This document shows, piece by piece, positions 32,871 to 44,410 of a stretch of DNA of 64,000 bases (positions are counted from its first letter, which is position 1; each line of letters starts with the position of its first letter). Under the pieces are notes generated by a model, which was not told where the DNA came from, ran no database searches, and saw nothing but the letters and a program-made list of their open reading frames with translations. Source of the DNA: Naegleria gruberi (taxonomy: Eukaryota); the NCBI GenBank assembly GCA_000004985.1, contig GG738846.1. One strand, 5' to 3'. The translations under genes and the position numbers were made by a program.

Positions 32871-33857
32871 ATGTCTCACTATTTGCCAACCACACTCTCA
32901 ACATATGTTCTGGCAACTAATACAGCCTTGTTCAGTTTTATTTTACTCCTGTTAATATCATGTTTTTTATTATTGTGGATAACAAGTAGAGTGAAAGGAA
33001 ATAAGAATCAATTAAATAATAATTTGATGATTGCACTACATGTTTCTGTGACTGTAAAATTATGTAATATCGGAATGATTTGCCTTTTTTTATTAATAAT
33101 ACAATCAGCTGTATTTATTTGGTATGGATGGATGTTTGATCAAAGTGGCCAATATCAAATTGTTCACTTGTCAGGATCAATAATTTTAGTTATTTTGGAT
33201 TATTTATTTCAGGTTGCATTGACATTGTTCGTATCAACTCTATCTTTTGAATGTATTAGGAAAGCTTGCAAAGTTTCAATTATCAAATATCATGGAAAAT
33301 GGTTTTCAATTTTATGTTCAATTTTAATATTTGTCACTATTTTCACACCCTTTTTTGCTTATATTGTCACACCTATAGCTTTTATTTTACACCAATTTTG
33401 TTCATTTGTTTCACCAGGAATTGTGGAAAGTGCTACCTGGTCTTCAAATCTAGTACATGCGTCAGTGATAGGATGGTGCTCAATCACAATGATTGGATTT
33501 GGATTAAAATTGAGGAATGAAAATAATCATCTTGTTGATCATTTAGATAATGATTTTAATGAAAACGAAACTCAAGTTTCATTGAAATCAAAACAAGCTG
33601 GAAATTTATTTATTTTCATATCAATTGCATTATTGTTATATTGTTTAATATTCCTCATCCAAAATTCATTTTTGCAAATACCACAAATCTATTCCAGAGA
33701 ATTGAGTAGTTTGAGCTCGAACACAACCTCTGTAAATATTCATTTGTGGTTGAACATTATACCTCAATTCTATAATCCTATCTTGTTCCTAGTTTTTGGA
33801 CTTTGTCTTGGAAAATTCAACAGCGTTAGAGATCTAGATATGTACATTAATCAATAA
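32871..33857 (+). CDS. Hypothetical polytopic (about 7-TM) membrane protein, 328 aa.
   Basis: ATG at 32871. Seven hydrophobic segments of 19-23 residues. Family not recognised. Confidence 0.4.
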   Translation: MSHYLPTTLSTYVLATNTALFSFILLLLISCFLLLWITSRVKGNKNQLNNNLMIALHVSVTVKLCNIGMICLFLLIIQSAVFIWYGWMFDQSGQYQIVHLSGSIILVILDYLFQVALTLFVSTLSFECIRKACKVSIIKYHGKWFSILCSILIFVTIFTPFFAYIVTPIAFILHQFCSFVSPGIVESATWSSNLVHASVIGWCSITMIGFGLKLRNENNHLVDHLDNDFNENETQVSLKSKQAGNLFIFISIALLLYCLIFLIQNSFLQIPQIYSRELSSLSSNTTSVNIHLWLNIIPQFYNPILFLVFGLCLGKFNSVRDLDMYINQ

Positions 33858-33868
33858 ATTATTATTAT

Positions 33869-36800
33869 TTAATTATCTGAAGAACTACAAATTGGACAAG
33901 CCACAACTCCGTTATTATTTGTAAAACATCCCTTATGGAAAACAAGTTTACATGATTGACACTTGATAACCTGGCTAATGTTAAAGTCATAAATTGGACC
34001 TGTTGCACAAGAAGCACATAAATTCTTTGCCTTTGTTTGACATAATCCACACTGATTAATTATGTGTTCACTTAAAATATGGAATAGTTTGGAAAGTTTT
34101 TGTAAAAATGGAGAATCAACTTGTTTCATGTTCAATTCTTCTAAATTCTTAATACTATACATTTCAGTATCGGTCAGGTAGTGTAATCTGTGTTGTAAAT
34201 TATGTTGTTTGATTAAATTGTCTTTCATTGGACATCTGGAAACATATTCCCATTGGATGATTAATCTCTTTCTGATCATTCTGGCTGCTCCAAGATTTTG
34301 AATTTCATCAAATAATGTTGGTTTTATGGCACTGACACAAATAATTGGTTGTCTGTGAACACTTTTAAGATATTTGGAGGCTTCATCGCAAACTTTGTAT
34401 GGTTTGAAATCCCAACTACCCAATATCTTTGCTGGAATAACTTCTGTACAGGTATTGGAATGACATTTGGTACAATAGTATTTGTTTGTATAATTACAAT
34501 AACGTGGCTTTTTGAGGAATCCGTAATCTTTCCAAATCTCTCTACCACATGGACACTTATCACCTTGTAATTGAATTTGCTTTGTTTGATCTAACTTTTG
34601 AGCATTCTTAGCTTGTTCATCCTCTTCAAGAATTAATTGATAGTCAACATCATTAATGATAGACATTATATCACTACCATCTTCGGTGAGTGCCTCATCA
34701 TTGTTTTGATCGAATAACAAGTCACGATTATCCATAGCCGATAAAGTAGTTGACTTGTTAGAAATTGTTGAGGAAGGAGGTGGTACCATCTTTTCAACAA
34801 ATACGAAATCATCACTTTCTTCTCTCTTAACTGGTGTTGTTTGTGATTCCTTATCAGCTAGTGCTACAGTGTTGCTGGTTGTTGGTGGATTGGATTTAAG
34901 TGTTTCAATTTCAGCATCTTTTGTTCCTAATTGCTCATTTGCTTGTTCGAGTGATTGTTTAACAAGTTGAATTTCTTGTTTGATAATCTCATTTTCAGAT
35001 TCTCTTGTTTTGAGATTAACTTTGGTCTGTTCAAGTGATTGTTTTAGAGCTTCAATTTCTTGCTGCATTTGTGATATCTTATTTTCAAACTCAATTTGCT
35101 TGTTAGATAATTCAGAACGTTTAGATTCCAGCTCTGTTTCAATTTTTGTCCTTTGATCCATTAATTCTTTTTCCTTCTTTTTGTAAATTTGTTCTTGAAT
35201 TTCACACTTGTTAGAAATTTGAATCTCCTTCAGTTTCAATCTATCTTCTCTATATCTGACCTTTTCAGCAAGAATTGAAACATCCAATAATGAGGTTGAA
35301 TGAGGAAGAGTGTCTTCAATAATAATGTCTTTTCTTTCTGAGTATTGCATCCTTTCTAAAATGTTTTCGTATCTGTCCTTTTTGGCTTTCATTGAAATTT
35401 GTAAATCTTCAGATTTTAACAATGGATGAATATAACTCTTAAAAAAAGAATACATTTCACTGGCTGTTAATAATTTCTGGGCTGATTCAACATTACGATC
35501 AAAATCAACAATTATCACCTTTTGTTCTTGTTGTGGAGGTTGATCAGCATCATCAATTTCTGTAGCGTCTTCTTCAAATTCAGATAAAGTGTCAGAATCA
35601 GCAGACTCAGAACCAAGTAAAGAGTCAACTTCTAGATCAACCCTGTTAAGTGGAGGAGCTAATGATACATTTTCAGATAATTGAGCAATATTCGAAACAG
35701 TCAATTCAAGTTTTGGTTCTTCTATGGTTTCAATCTTGTCGGTTTGTTCCTCAAGCTGAATAGATATTACTGAATCCTTCTGTTCTTGTGTTGGAGAGAT
35801 CTTTTCCGATTCTTCTTTTGGAGGGCTTTCAACAACTGGACTAACAGTTTCGGTTGAAATTTGTATCTTAACTTCTTCCTCCTTCGATGATGTTGGAATA
35901 GCCCCTTGTTTGATTTCACTCTCAGGTTGAACAATATCTGAAGAATCATGAATTTCAGGTGTTGTTCCTCTAGACGTCTCTTCTGATATGAAATAGGATT
36001 CCATAGCTGCAATGATGGAATTTTCAGAATCATTGTCAGAGAATGAGTCATTTGTCTCTACCTTTGGAGAAAGCTCAAATGCTCTCCAGTATGGCAGCAC
36101 TTTATCAAGCTCCTTTTCGAAGATATCCTGTAAAACCTTGGCCATTCTAACCTGAGGTGATGACTCTAAATGGAACATGAACGAATTCGTAAATACGGTT
36201 TGTATATCCCTAATAAATTCATCAATATAGACATAGTGAGATTTTTCAAAGTTAGTTTTGATGATTGTAAAATCTATAGGTTTTTTGATAAACTTGGAAT
36301 AATCTCTAAATTCGGCGAGCTTTTCATTAACAGGAGAGTTGAAATGGGATGCATATTTATGGCTCATAAGAATGGAAAGAATTCGTGTCATATTATCTCT
36401 AAGTTCTGAATTGTCTCTGAGACTGGATGAAAATCTTGGAGGTGGAGTTGACAGCAGACTAATATCATTAATCTTTGAAGAGGTATTTTCTGGGGTGGAT
36501 GAAATTTCCTGAGATGATATATTTTCTTCTTTTTGAGCCAGAATATCTATTGGTTTGGATTGTTCTACTTGTTGAGTTTGAATTGAAGGAGGTATTATTT
36601 CTTCAATGAATTGGTTTTCTTGAATTTCCTGATTAATATTAACCTCTTGTTTTGAAACCTCTTCAGTTGATTCTAAAATATCGTTATTCTCCTCTATAGA
36701 AGAGATATTCTCAATAGGAGTATCCTTAGGAGTTTCAATATTTTCTATAGATATTGTGTTAGAAATAGTAGGCTGTTGTTCCTCTGATTTTTCCTCTAAT

Positions 36801-37974
36801 TTTTCATTTACCTGCTGTTCAGCAATTGCTGTAGGAATGGTAGATGAATCATCATCGACCCTAGCATCTTGTTCAGTAGGATGCGTAACAACAACCTGCT
36901 CATCTTTAGAGATTTTTTCAATAGTTTTTTCCAGTTTTTCTTGGCCAACACTGTTTGATACTTCTTGATTTGATTGAGTGATCATACTCGATTCTAACTG
37001 GTTCGATTGAACATTCTCGGATTGATTAGGCACTGATGAGAAATCATCTAGTAAATCAACTGGATCTTCCCTTATGACTTTTCTTTCAATTGTTGTGGTG
37101 GAAACTGTTCCAAAATCCTTTTCAACACTGGTGTTGGTTGTAGGCGTAATAGGTGTTGGAGTACTTGGTAGCGATTGTTTAAAGCTTGTACTCTTATCAC
37201 TTTCACTGGTAGCACTTGTTGGAGTTAAATCCTCCGATCCAATACTGCTACTTGTTGCAGTGTTTGTATCAATTGTTTTTTTATCCAATTTAGTCTTCTT
37301 TTTCTTTTCAGTTTTTTCAGGTTTAACCTTCTTTTCAGTTTTCTTTTTTTTACGAGTTGATGTCACAACAATTTCATCCTCTTCCATGTTGGTTATTTCC
37401 TTGCTTTTTTTTGTTTTAAATATCCAAATGGATTTGAAAAGGAAACTTACAAATTAAAGTTAATTGTTGAAAGAGGAGATACTAAACTCTTTAAAAATAA
37501 TATTTCCTCATCCATAAAGAATAAATCATTCACTCGCTCATTGTAAAATTTCTCTTTTGGTATCATTGAAAATAGGTCAACCAAATCAATTAATATTTTC
37601 TCATTCAAAGTTAATTTAATAATAGAACTATCATGTGACTCAAAATTTTGTAATTGTTTAACTTTTGATTTTAAATCTGATTTGTCAATGCTGAACGTCT
37701 TGTTCAGAGGAAATTGAGAAAAATTTGTATAAATATATCGGAAAATGTCTTGTAAAGTAATGGATGCCACCAATCCATCGGAAAATAAACGATGTAAAGT
37801 TTCACTATTGATGATGTTTAAATTAATAATAATTTAGTTGACATGTGTTTCAGCAGCAACCTACCATAATTCATTGGCTCCTTTAGACTCTTCATCAATT
37901 TCTGGCAATGTTAATGAGGCTTGAAATATTGTCTTGATGGCCATCTTGACCATCTGCAGTCGCTCCGAAAACAT
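33869..37974 (-). CDS. Rubicon-family protein of about 1330 aa. Order: N-terminal RUN-like domain, atypical bromodomain, acidic/coiled-coil region, C-terminal Rubicon-homology (RH) zinc-binding domain. Three exons, about 37865..37974, 37451..37804 and 33869..37403; introns of 60 and 47 nt.
   Basis: RH domain CPCGREIWKDYGF..YCNYTNKYYCTKCHSNTCTEVIPAKILGSWDFKPYKV...CGLCQTKAKNLCASCATGPIYDFN...CQSCKLVFHKGCF...CPIC is colinear with Rubicon (CAGCGEKIW..YCHYTGQYFCSGCH..VIPARVLHKWDF...CELCQGKGFICEFC..IFPF..FHKQCF..CPRC). Bromodomain-like ILSILMSHKYASHFNSPVN...DYSKFIKKPIDFTIIK...FIRDIQTVFTNSFMFH matches the GCN5 bromodomain. The 5' exons are joined by GTAGGT/GTAAGT donors in frame (NEL|CETLHRLFSDGL...; NFNL->FKEITNMEED). 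Confidence 0.6.
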
Positions 37975-38078
37975 TTTTCAAAAAAAAAATTTGATGAGAG
38001 TGTTACACCACTTGAATAGATCTTGATTTTTTTTTCGGAGTTGGAAAATTTTATTTTTCCTTTAACATTCCAACATTA

Positions 38079-39393
38079 CTACAATTCTGAATAGAGTGAT
38101 TCTAATCCTTGGCCTAATTCCCAAATCATCACACCTGCCAATCTCTTCTCCTTTACAAAATCAACTCTTGACTTGATGGACTCAAGAGTTGGGTAGGCCA
38201 CCAATGTGATTTTATCAGGTTGTACAAACTCAAAAATGTGCTCTCTGGCCTCACTATCCCAAATTATACTATGAAGTGTTTGTGTATTATTCAATAATTC
38301 TTTCAATTTGGAACCAAGAATATGATCCAATTTAGTTTGTTTTGGTGTAAGATATTTTGAAATGAGGACTGTAGCTTCTTCAGTGGAATCCTTAATTAAA
38401 TCTGATAATAGAGAATTGGTATTTTCCATTTCAATTTGAATGCCATAAAAATTTAAGCCAACAAATAACTTTTGAGCGATATTGGTGTTTGAGCCACTCA
38501 ATGTAAAATAATTAACTGTTTGGTCAATAAATCCCTCAAGAGGACCATTGAAAATATACTTTTGAGAAGTGTCCTTAGAGCTCATATGAGAGAAATAATC
38601 ATAGGTCATTAATAAAAATCCATCAACATATGGTTCAATTTCAATTAAATGTTCAACTCTGAACAATGCTGAAAACTTTTGTTCATTTCTCGTTGGGGGA
38701 ACAAGAGATGGAACAACCAAATGAATTTCTCCCTTTTTGTTCAAGCTGTTTACCTTTTCCCTTAAAGATTTCATAAAATCTACAATAATGTGTTTAATTT
38801 GATCCATAGGTAAAAATCCAACCTCTACAACAATTCCATCCAAGTCGTAGGCTCTTATGAGTTGTCCTATTTTATCAATAATTGGCTGATGTAAATTCTT
38901 GTTGAATTTTGGTTGACCATAAAAATATCTAACTTGTTCTTGACCCCAATGGGAATAATCGAATTGAACTCTTGGTAAAATCTTGGCTAAGATTCATGAA
39001 TTATTATCATTCAAAATTCATTAAATAATTACCTCCAATATTTTGTTTTTTCACTTGTTTAATCCAATTCATGTCCACATCTTGAATTCCTGTAATTTGA
39101 AATGGAGAGTTTGGTTTTTGTTGGGATGGTCGAATTTGTAACCAAACAGGACTAATTAATTTAACTTTTTCATGTGTTTTGGCAACATTATATCCATTGC
39201 TATTCCATGGTGTGACAAAACCTAACACTTTATTTGATCTAAGAGAGGCGCTACTGCCAGTCTCGGAAAGTAATTTTTCAATAACTTGTTCCTTTTCATT
39301 TTCCGATAATTTTCTCAAGGTACTTTGAATACTGCTGCTACTAGTGATCAAAAACAAGATGAGAAATAATGTAAATAAAAGGGATGTTTGCAT
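38079..39393 (-). CDS. CHID1: Chitinase domain-containing protein 1 (CHID1)-like GH18-fold protein with signal peptide. Two exons, about 39034..39393 and 38079..38987; GTAATT...AATCTTAG intron of about 46 nt.
   Basis: LGFVTPWNSNGYNVAKTHEKVKLISPVWLQI matches human CHID1 [59 protein letters not shown] matches GLHDVDQGWMRAV..HIVPRLLFEDWT. LDGIVVEV..., MTYDY and VMIWELGQGL match FDGFVVEV, LMTYDY and VSIWELGQGL. Confidence 0.65.
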
Positions 39394-39435
39394 TTTTTTT
39401 TAAAATTTTAAATTAAATATTAATCAAACATTTCA

Positions 39436-40371
39436 CTAAAAGTATCTTCTGTCATTGATATCATCAGAAACTTGGCTCCCACTATCTGATTCCTCTTGGT
39501 CATTCATTTCCATATGGCCCATTGTCTCAATATCACTCTTGTAGGAATAACACCTCTTAATAGAAACAATAGTTAAAGGAATTACGAAAAATGCAAAAAT
39601 TGCACCAGATGCAATCAAAAAACCCAATGCCAGATATCCTGCCAAACTTGTCAATTGAGATCTTCCTGGATAATAAAAATCAATTGTTCTTTCATAAAAT
39701 CCAATAACGCTCTTATCAAGAGGATTAACGTAGCAAGATCTTGTTTCCATAATTTTGGAAAACATGAGATATTGAGCTGGTATGGCTGTTGAATTTTCGT
39801 TACCAGGGAAGTGAATATTTAAAATGTCGCCACTTTGTAAAGGTTTAAAGTTCTCATCTGTTTTATATGAAACTACAAACTCATCAATTGTAATTTCATT
39901 TCTTTGGCTGACACCATCACTTGAATAATTTACCAATGCTTTGCATAATTTGAATTCCAATTTATCCGTAGACACTGTAATACCATCAACTATTACAAGG
40001 TGATCCCTTTCATCATCCGATAAGTAATGTAAGTGATCGAAAAAATCAGAAAATTTCCATTTATCTTTTGTGACAAGTAAGTCCTCCAAATCAGATTCAG
40101 TACAATTCACGGACAAATCCCTGACTGTACAAGATATTACATCAGAAAGTAAAGGATCATCTTTAGAATTTCGGGCTAAAATTGTTGATGAAGCGTAAAC
40201 ATAGAGGAATAGAGTGGCCAAACCAACAATAATCAGAAAAATCAAACAACAAATAATATTAAAAATTGATAAAATTGACAATCGGATGAGAGCCTTTTTT
40301 TTGATAGAACTCCTCTCCAAGGAGTGTTCATTATTTCTGGATAACACGTCTCTAGAAACAATACTGTGCAT
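39436..40371 (-). CDS. Hypothetical type-II-like membrane protein, 311 aa, with N-proximal and C-terminal TM helices flanking a lumenal domain.
   Basis: ATG at 40371. TM1 LSILSIFNIICCLIFLIIVGLATLFLYVY, TM2 LAGYLALGFLIASGAIFAFFVIPLTIV, acidic C-tail. Confidence 0.4.
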   Translation of the reverse strand: MHSIVSRDVLSRNNEHSLERSSIKKKALIRLSILSIFNIICCLIFLIIVGLATLFLYVYASSTILARNSKDDPLLSDVISCTVRDLSVNCTESDLEDLLVTKDKWKFSDFFDHLHYLSDDERDHLVIVDGITVSTDKLEFKLCKALVNYSSDGVSQRNEITIDEFVVSYKTDENFKPLQSGDILNIHFPGNENSTAIPAQYLMFSKIMETRSCYVNPLDKSVIGFYERTIDFYYPGRSQLTSLAGYLALGFLIASGAIFAFFVIPLTIVSIKRCYSYKSDIETMGHMEMNDQEESDSGSQVSDDINDRRYF

Positions 40372-40497
40372 TTTTTTTAAATTTAGTTTTGAATAAGATT
40401 AAAATTCAATTTATTATTTTAGTAATATGACTTGAAACTAGTTTAAATAAATTTAATTTTAATCAATTTTCAATTTATTGAAAATTTTGAATGAAAA

Positions 40498-42651
40498 TCA
40501 ATCAATGATTTGAGTCAAATTTATTAATTGAAAATGAATGGAAAAGGATAACTTTGGTCCAACAAAAGAAAATAATTGTTCATTGCTAATAAATTCCTTC
40601 AAAACCTTACGAACATTAAGATGACGATCTATCCATTCCTTCTTTAGTTTGGAGGAAAGAAAATTCTTTTCATAATATGAGTTTAGTCCAAATGTAACAC
40701 AACCATAATCTAAACAATTAACAACAATATCAAATCTATCCAAAATTTCTAATGGAAGTGTTGGATTTTTGGAGAGAACACTCGAAAACGTATTAAAAAC
40801 AAAATCCACTAATTTCACCATATTGTTAGCAGTAATTCTTGTTGAAAAGTGAATAGGAGGTGATAGTAGAACTATTTGTTCAATAGAACAAGACAACTTG
40901 TGGTCTTGCTTATACTTGAACTCTTTTCTGTCAAAATAATCCATTCCACTTAAAGAAAACAAGTCATAATCTATGGGAATAGCTTGGCTGTCGGCATGTT
41001 GATAGTAGTAAATGGATCGGCTCTTATTCCATTTTATCATGAATAGAAACCCATTGCTTAGACCATTGAAATTGGGATCATGGCTCTTATTGGAATAAAT
41101 AGTCCTTTCTATGAAATCATCCTTATAGTACAGAGAAGTAACAAGGTCCTCCATTGTCTTGGCACAACATTTCACAACAAGAGTATCCTTATCAAATTCA
41201 ATCTCATCTCTCTGCAAATCAAAACACCAATCAAATCTTAGTGAAGAAAATGAATAGTTAGAACACTTTCCAGAGTTATTCCTTGTAAATATTGATCCAT
41301 CAGAGAGTAAATAACCAAAATCTTGAAAAAACTCTCTATGAACACCACAATTAATCAAAATACCATTATGTTGATACTGTTTTGAATTTTCTTCACAGAG
41401 TGACCTTACTAGATATTCGTGCACTCCCGAGGGAATGTTTACAGTTACTTCATAGGATACCAAGGAAAGTGAAACTGTAATAGATTGAGGATAAATATCA
41501 CTACCGATCTTCATATGGAATGAACCGTAGTCGGTTGTATCAGTGATCATAAAATCTGTAACCTGTGACAGTGTTTTAAACTGATATGAACATTCTTGTT
41601 GAGCCTTCTCTTGATGGACTTTGTATGTTGCACTATTACAATAATTCGATAATGATTGATTTAACCTTTTGGAAAAACTATTCCAATAAGTTGTGGGAAA
41701 GGTGGCATTGTTAAAACCCTCTTGTAGAAGATATCTCGTCAAACCTCTGTTTTGTATTTTTAAAAATGATTCTCTGTTTAGCATTCTTATTATGAGAATG
41801 GGAGATTTGATTGCCGTTGGATTGAAGTATTGTAATGGTACACATGATTGAGAAGTAATGTTATGGAATAGAATTGCAAATAAGTTGTTATCATCATATT
41901 CACGGTTGTTAATATCTTCTAAAATGTCTGGTAATACAAGTATCAAATTATTCCTTAACAGTAAATTACTTTTTTTACAATGTGAAAAGAGACGGTTGTA
42001 GAGTGGAATTATGGCATCAGCAACAGGTTCAACAAGATGTGAAAATACAAAATCTAAAACAAAACTTTCTTCTCTTGAATTGGAAAATTCCTTCTTATTC
42101 ACTTCCGAATATTGTTCTTCAAGAGATGCTGGTTGTATCAAAGTAGTAGACTTGTCGTTTTCTACAACTTGATTGTATTCTTGTTGAATCTTATTCTGAA
42201 GAGATAACAGAGTGTGTTCAGTATCGAAAACGGTGAGCAATTCACATTCATAAAAACCTTCCGTTAAAAAGGCAATTGTGATACCGAGTCTATTATTTCT
42301 ATCAATAATGTTATCAGTTTGTTCATTAAATATTATTCTTTTGAATAAAATTATTTTCAATTTCAAACCTTGTTCATTGATGAGAATATTGGAGAGGAAA
42401 GGTACTTTTCCATTATTCTTGTTATCAGAAGATATGTTGGAATTATAATGTTGTTCTTGATGGATATTATTATTTTGGAAGGAAATAGTAGTAGTATTGA
42501 GTAGTAAATCATTACTACTATCAATATGTGATGGTACTTTGATTGAAGAACATAGATCTTTTAAATTTTGTTCAATTAATTCTTCTAAAAGAGATTCAAC
42601 AATCCATTCGATTTTTGTCTTGTCATCTTGTTGATATTTACTTCCTAGCAT
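40498..42651 (-). CDS. Hypothetical 717-aa soluble protein, no family recognised.
   Basis: Single uninterrupted ORF from ATG at 42651. Ordered-looking composition, no TM helices. I could not assign a family by eye. Confidence 0.45.
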   Translation of the reverse strand: MLGSKYQQDDKTKIEWIVESLLEELIEQNLKDLCSSIKVPSHIDSSNDLLLNTTTISFQNNNIHQEQHYNSNISSDNKNNGKVPFLSNILINEQGLKLKIILFKRIIFNEQTDNIIDRNNRLGITIAFLTEGFYECELLTVFDTEHTLLSLQNKIQQEYNQVVENDKSTTLIQPASLEEQYSEVNKKEFSNSREESFVLDFVFSHLVEPVADAIIPLYNRLFSHCKKSNLLLRNNLILVLPDILEDINNREYDDNNLFAILFHNITSQSCVPLQYFNPTAIKSPILIIRMLNRESFLKIQNRGLTRYLLQEGFNNATFPTTYWNSFSKRLNQSLSNYCNSATYKVHQEKAQQECSYQFKTLSQVTDFMITDTTDYGSFHMKIGSDIYPQSITVSLSLVSYEVTVNIPSGVHEYLVRSLCEENSKQYQHNGILINCGVHREFFQDFGYLLSDGSIFTRNNSGKCSNYSFSSLRFDWCFDLQRDEIEFDKDTLVVKCCAKTMEDLVTSLYYKDDFIERTIYSNKSHDPNFNGLSNGFLFMIKWNKSRSIYYYQHADSQAIPIDYDLFSLSGMDYFDRKEFKYKQDHKLSCSIEQIVLLSPPIHFSTRITANNMVKLVDFVFNTFSSVLSKNPTLPLEILDRFDIVVNCLDYGCVTFGLNSYYEKNFLSSKLKKEWIDRHLNVRKVLKEFISNEQLFSFVGPKLSFSIHFQLINLTQIID

Positions 42652-43379
42652 TTTAGAATTACTAGTTTACTTTAAAACTATTAAACAAGCTACAACTAGG
42701 TATTATTATTAGGAAGTGATTATCCACATAATTTTTTCAATTATTATTATTTATTAGAAAATATAATTGTTATTGCATGTTGATTATTATTATTGATATT
42801 TAAAAACATTGTATTGCTGTTTTTGGCGGGAATGGAACAATTCCACAATGGTTTTGGATTGTTCACTCAAACGAAAGAACCAATATAGCAAGCGTTTTCA
42901 ATGACAGTAGTTTTTCACAATTCTGTCAATTGTATAAACTATATTTCACTGATCAAAATAATTGTATAAATCTTTCATGTATGGGTCATGACAGATTAGT
43001 ACTATGGAACAGAGATGTGGATTGTTGTGGTAAACCAATTCTTTAAGAGTCTCACTCCTATAAAATCATGTTTCAAATTCAATCGATGTGAGAAAAGATC
43101 TGAAATTCATAAGTTTTCAAATAGTTCCAACTTATCTGGTCACTGTTATTTCAAGTAAAAGCGCAAAAAAGAAAGAGATAGTATAAATGATAATCTTTAC
43201 TATTACATTTTCACATCACGTCCATTTTGTTAAAATATTATTCTAATAGTTTTTGTTGAATATTGATACTGAATAATAGTAGTATTGTTATAACTCAAAC
43301 AATTTCATTCATTTACTTTTTTGAAATTTTATCTTCCTAATTGCGTAAAATAGAGAAGTGAATCAAAAACATCTGGAGA

Positions 43380-43700
43380 ATCCTATTTGTGTGAAGCCAA
43401 CGTAAAAGGAACATTCAGCGCAAAGTGTGATTTTATACGCCATAAATGTTTCTTCATGACTCACTTCGGCGCTAAAAGTTTGCGCATCATATTAATAGAC
43501 GCGTTAAAAATTCAGTGCTCCAAAAAACATCAAAAAAAAACCATTCTTCTCTCCCTTACACTTGTTAAAATTTTTTAGCATACAAGGCAGACGTTATTTT
43601 CATCACAGAGAAACCTTGCCAAAATATTTTTTCTAAAACCCGCTTTTTCTCTCAATACGCGCCTGATTGCCTCACCCCTCAACAACAACTTCCACAACTA
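43380..43700. other. GC- and CpG-rich island (about 45% GC with about 12 CpG) inside the only long non-coding interval (42652..43858); candidate ncRNA gene or core promoter block.
   Basis: Composition contrasts with the 85-90% AT spacers elsewhere. The ORF in it (43387..43578) uses codons (CGC, GCG, GGC, GAC) atypical for this genome's genes. Contains CCTTACACTTG, which resembles but does not equal the dictyostelid Class I RNA motif CCTTACAGCAA. Confidence 0.3.
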
Positions 43701-43858
43701 GGCTTTAAAAACTTGTGTACAGATACATCTTCATCATTCCTTTCTAGTTTCCCTTCTCCTGTTTCAACAATAACTCTAATCATCACCGGATATAACTCTA
43801 TTTATTCACTACATCCTTTCCCTAGCATTTACTAAACATCACAACTCCTAACAACACC

Positions 43859-44410
43859 ATGAATTTCTATTCAGCTTCATCATCATCTTGTACAAATAAT
43901 ACCATGTCAACCAAGTTACACCAACCATCCACATCCAGCCAGCCTACTTTATACATGGATGTACAAGAGACTTTTAGCGACTTTACTCTAAACGGTTCAG
44001 ACATTTCTCCAACCACCACTCCAACTAGATTCAATGATTTGTCAGTTTTTAATATTGACAATGATGACGAAGAAGGTTATTCCACACCAACGGGTGATAT
44101 AACCTTTGTGCCTGAAGAAAGTTGGGTTTACTCAACACCAACCAAGGCAAGAGGAGAACCTGTATGCCCTGGTGCTCCTAAAAGAAAGAATAATATCAAT
44201 GATGATTCTTTTTCTAGTTCTCACTCCCTCTCCTTTTCACAATCCCTCCCTTCTGACAACGTCATTTCTCCAAAGAGAGGAATTACCAAGCAAAAAAAGT
44301 ATAGAAAGACCTCTCCTTCTGCTGCATTTGTAAGAAGACGTAGCTTCCCTAACATTAGACTTGATTTTAGTGATATCGATGTTAGTGACGAAGGACAAAA
44401 CACCAACTAG
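43859..44410 (+). CDS. Hypothetical Ser/Thr/Pro-rich 183-aa protein with basic C-terminal segment.
   Basis: ATG at 43859 in good context (ACACCATGA). Low-complexity S/T-rich composition. C-terminal KQKKYRKTSPSAAFVRRRSF. Confidence 0.35.
   Translation: MNFYSASSSSCTNNTMSTKLHQPSTSSQPTLYMDVQETFSDFTLNGSDISPTTTPTRFNDLSVFNIDNDDEEGYSTPTGDITFVPEESWVYSTPTKARGEPVCPGAPKRKNNINDDSFSSSHSLSFSQSLPSDNVISPKRGITKQKKYRKTSPSAAFVRRRSFPNIRLDFSDIDVSDEGQNTN

Noticed and set aside
43387-43578. 63-codon ORF in the GC-rich island as a protein-coding gene
   Set aside because: Starts on TTG. Codon usage (CGC, GCG, GGC, GAC, TGC) is unlike every confident gene in the window. Composition is better explained by an RNA gene or promoter. 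Kept only as a non-coding feature.
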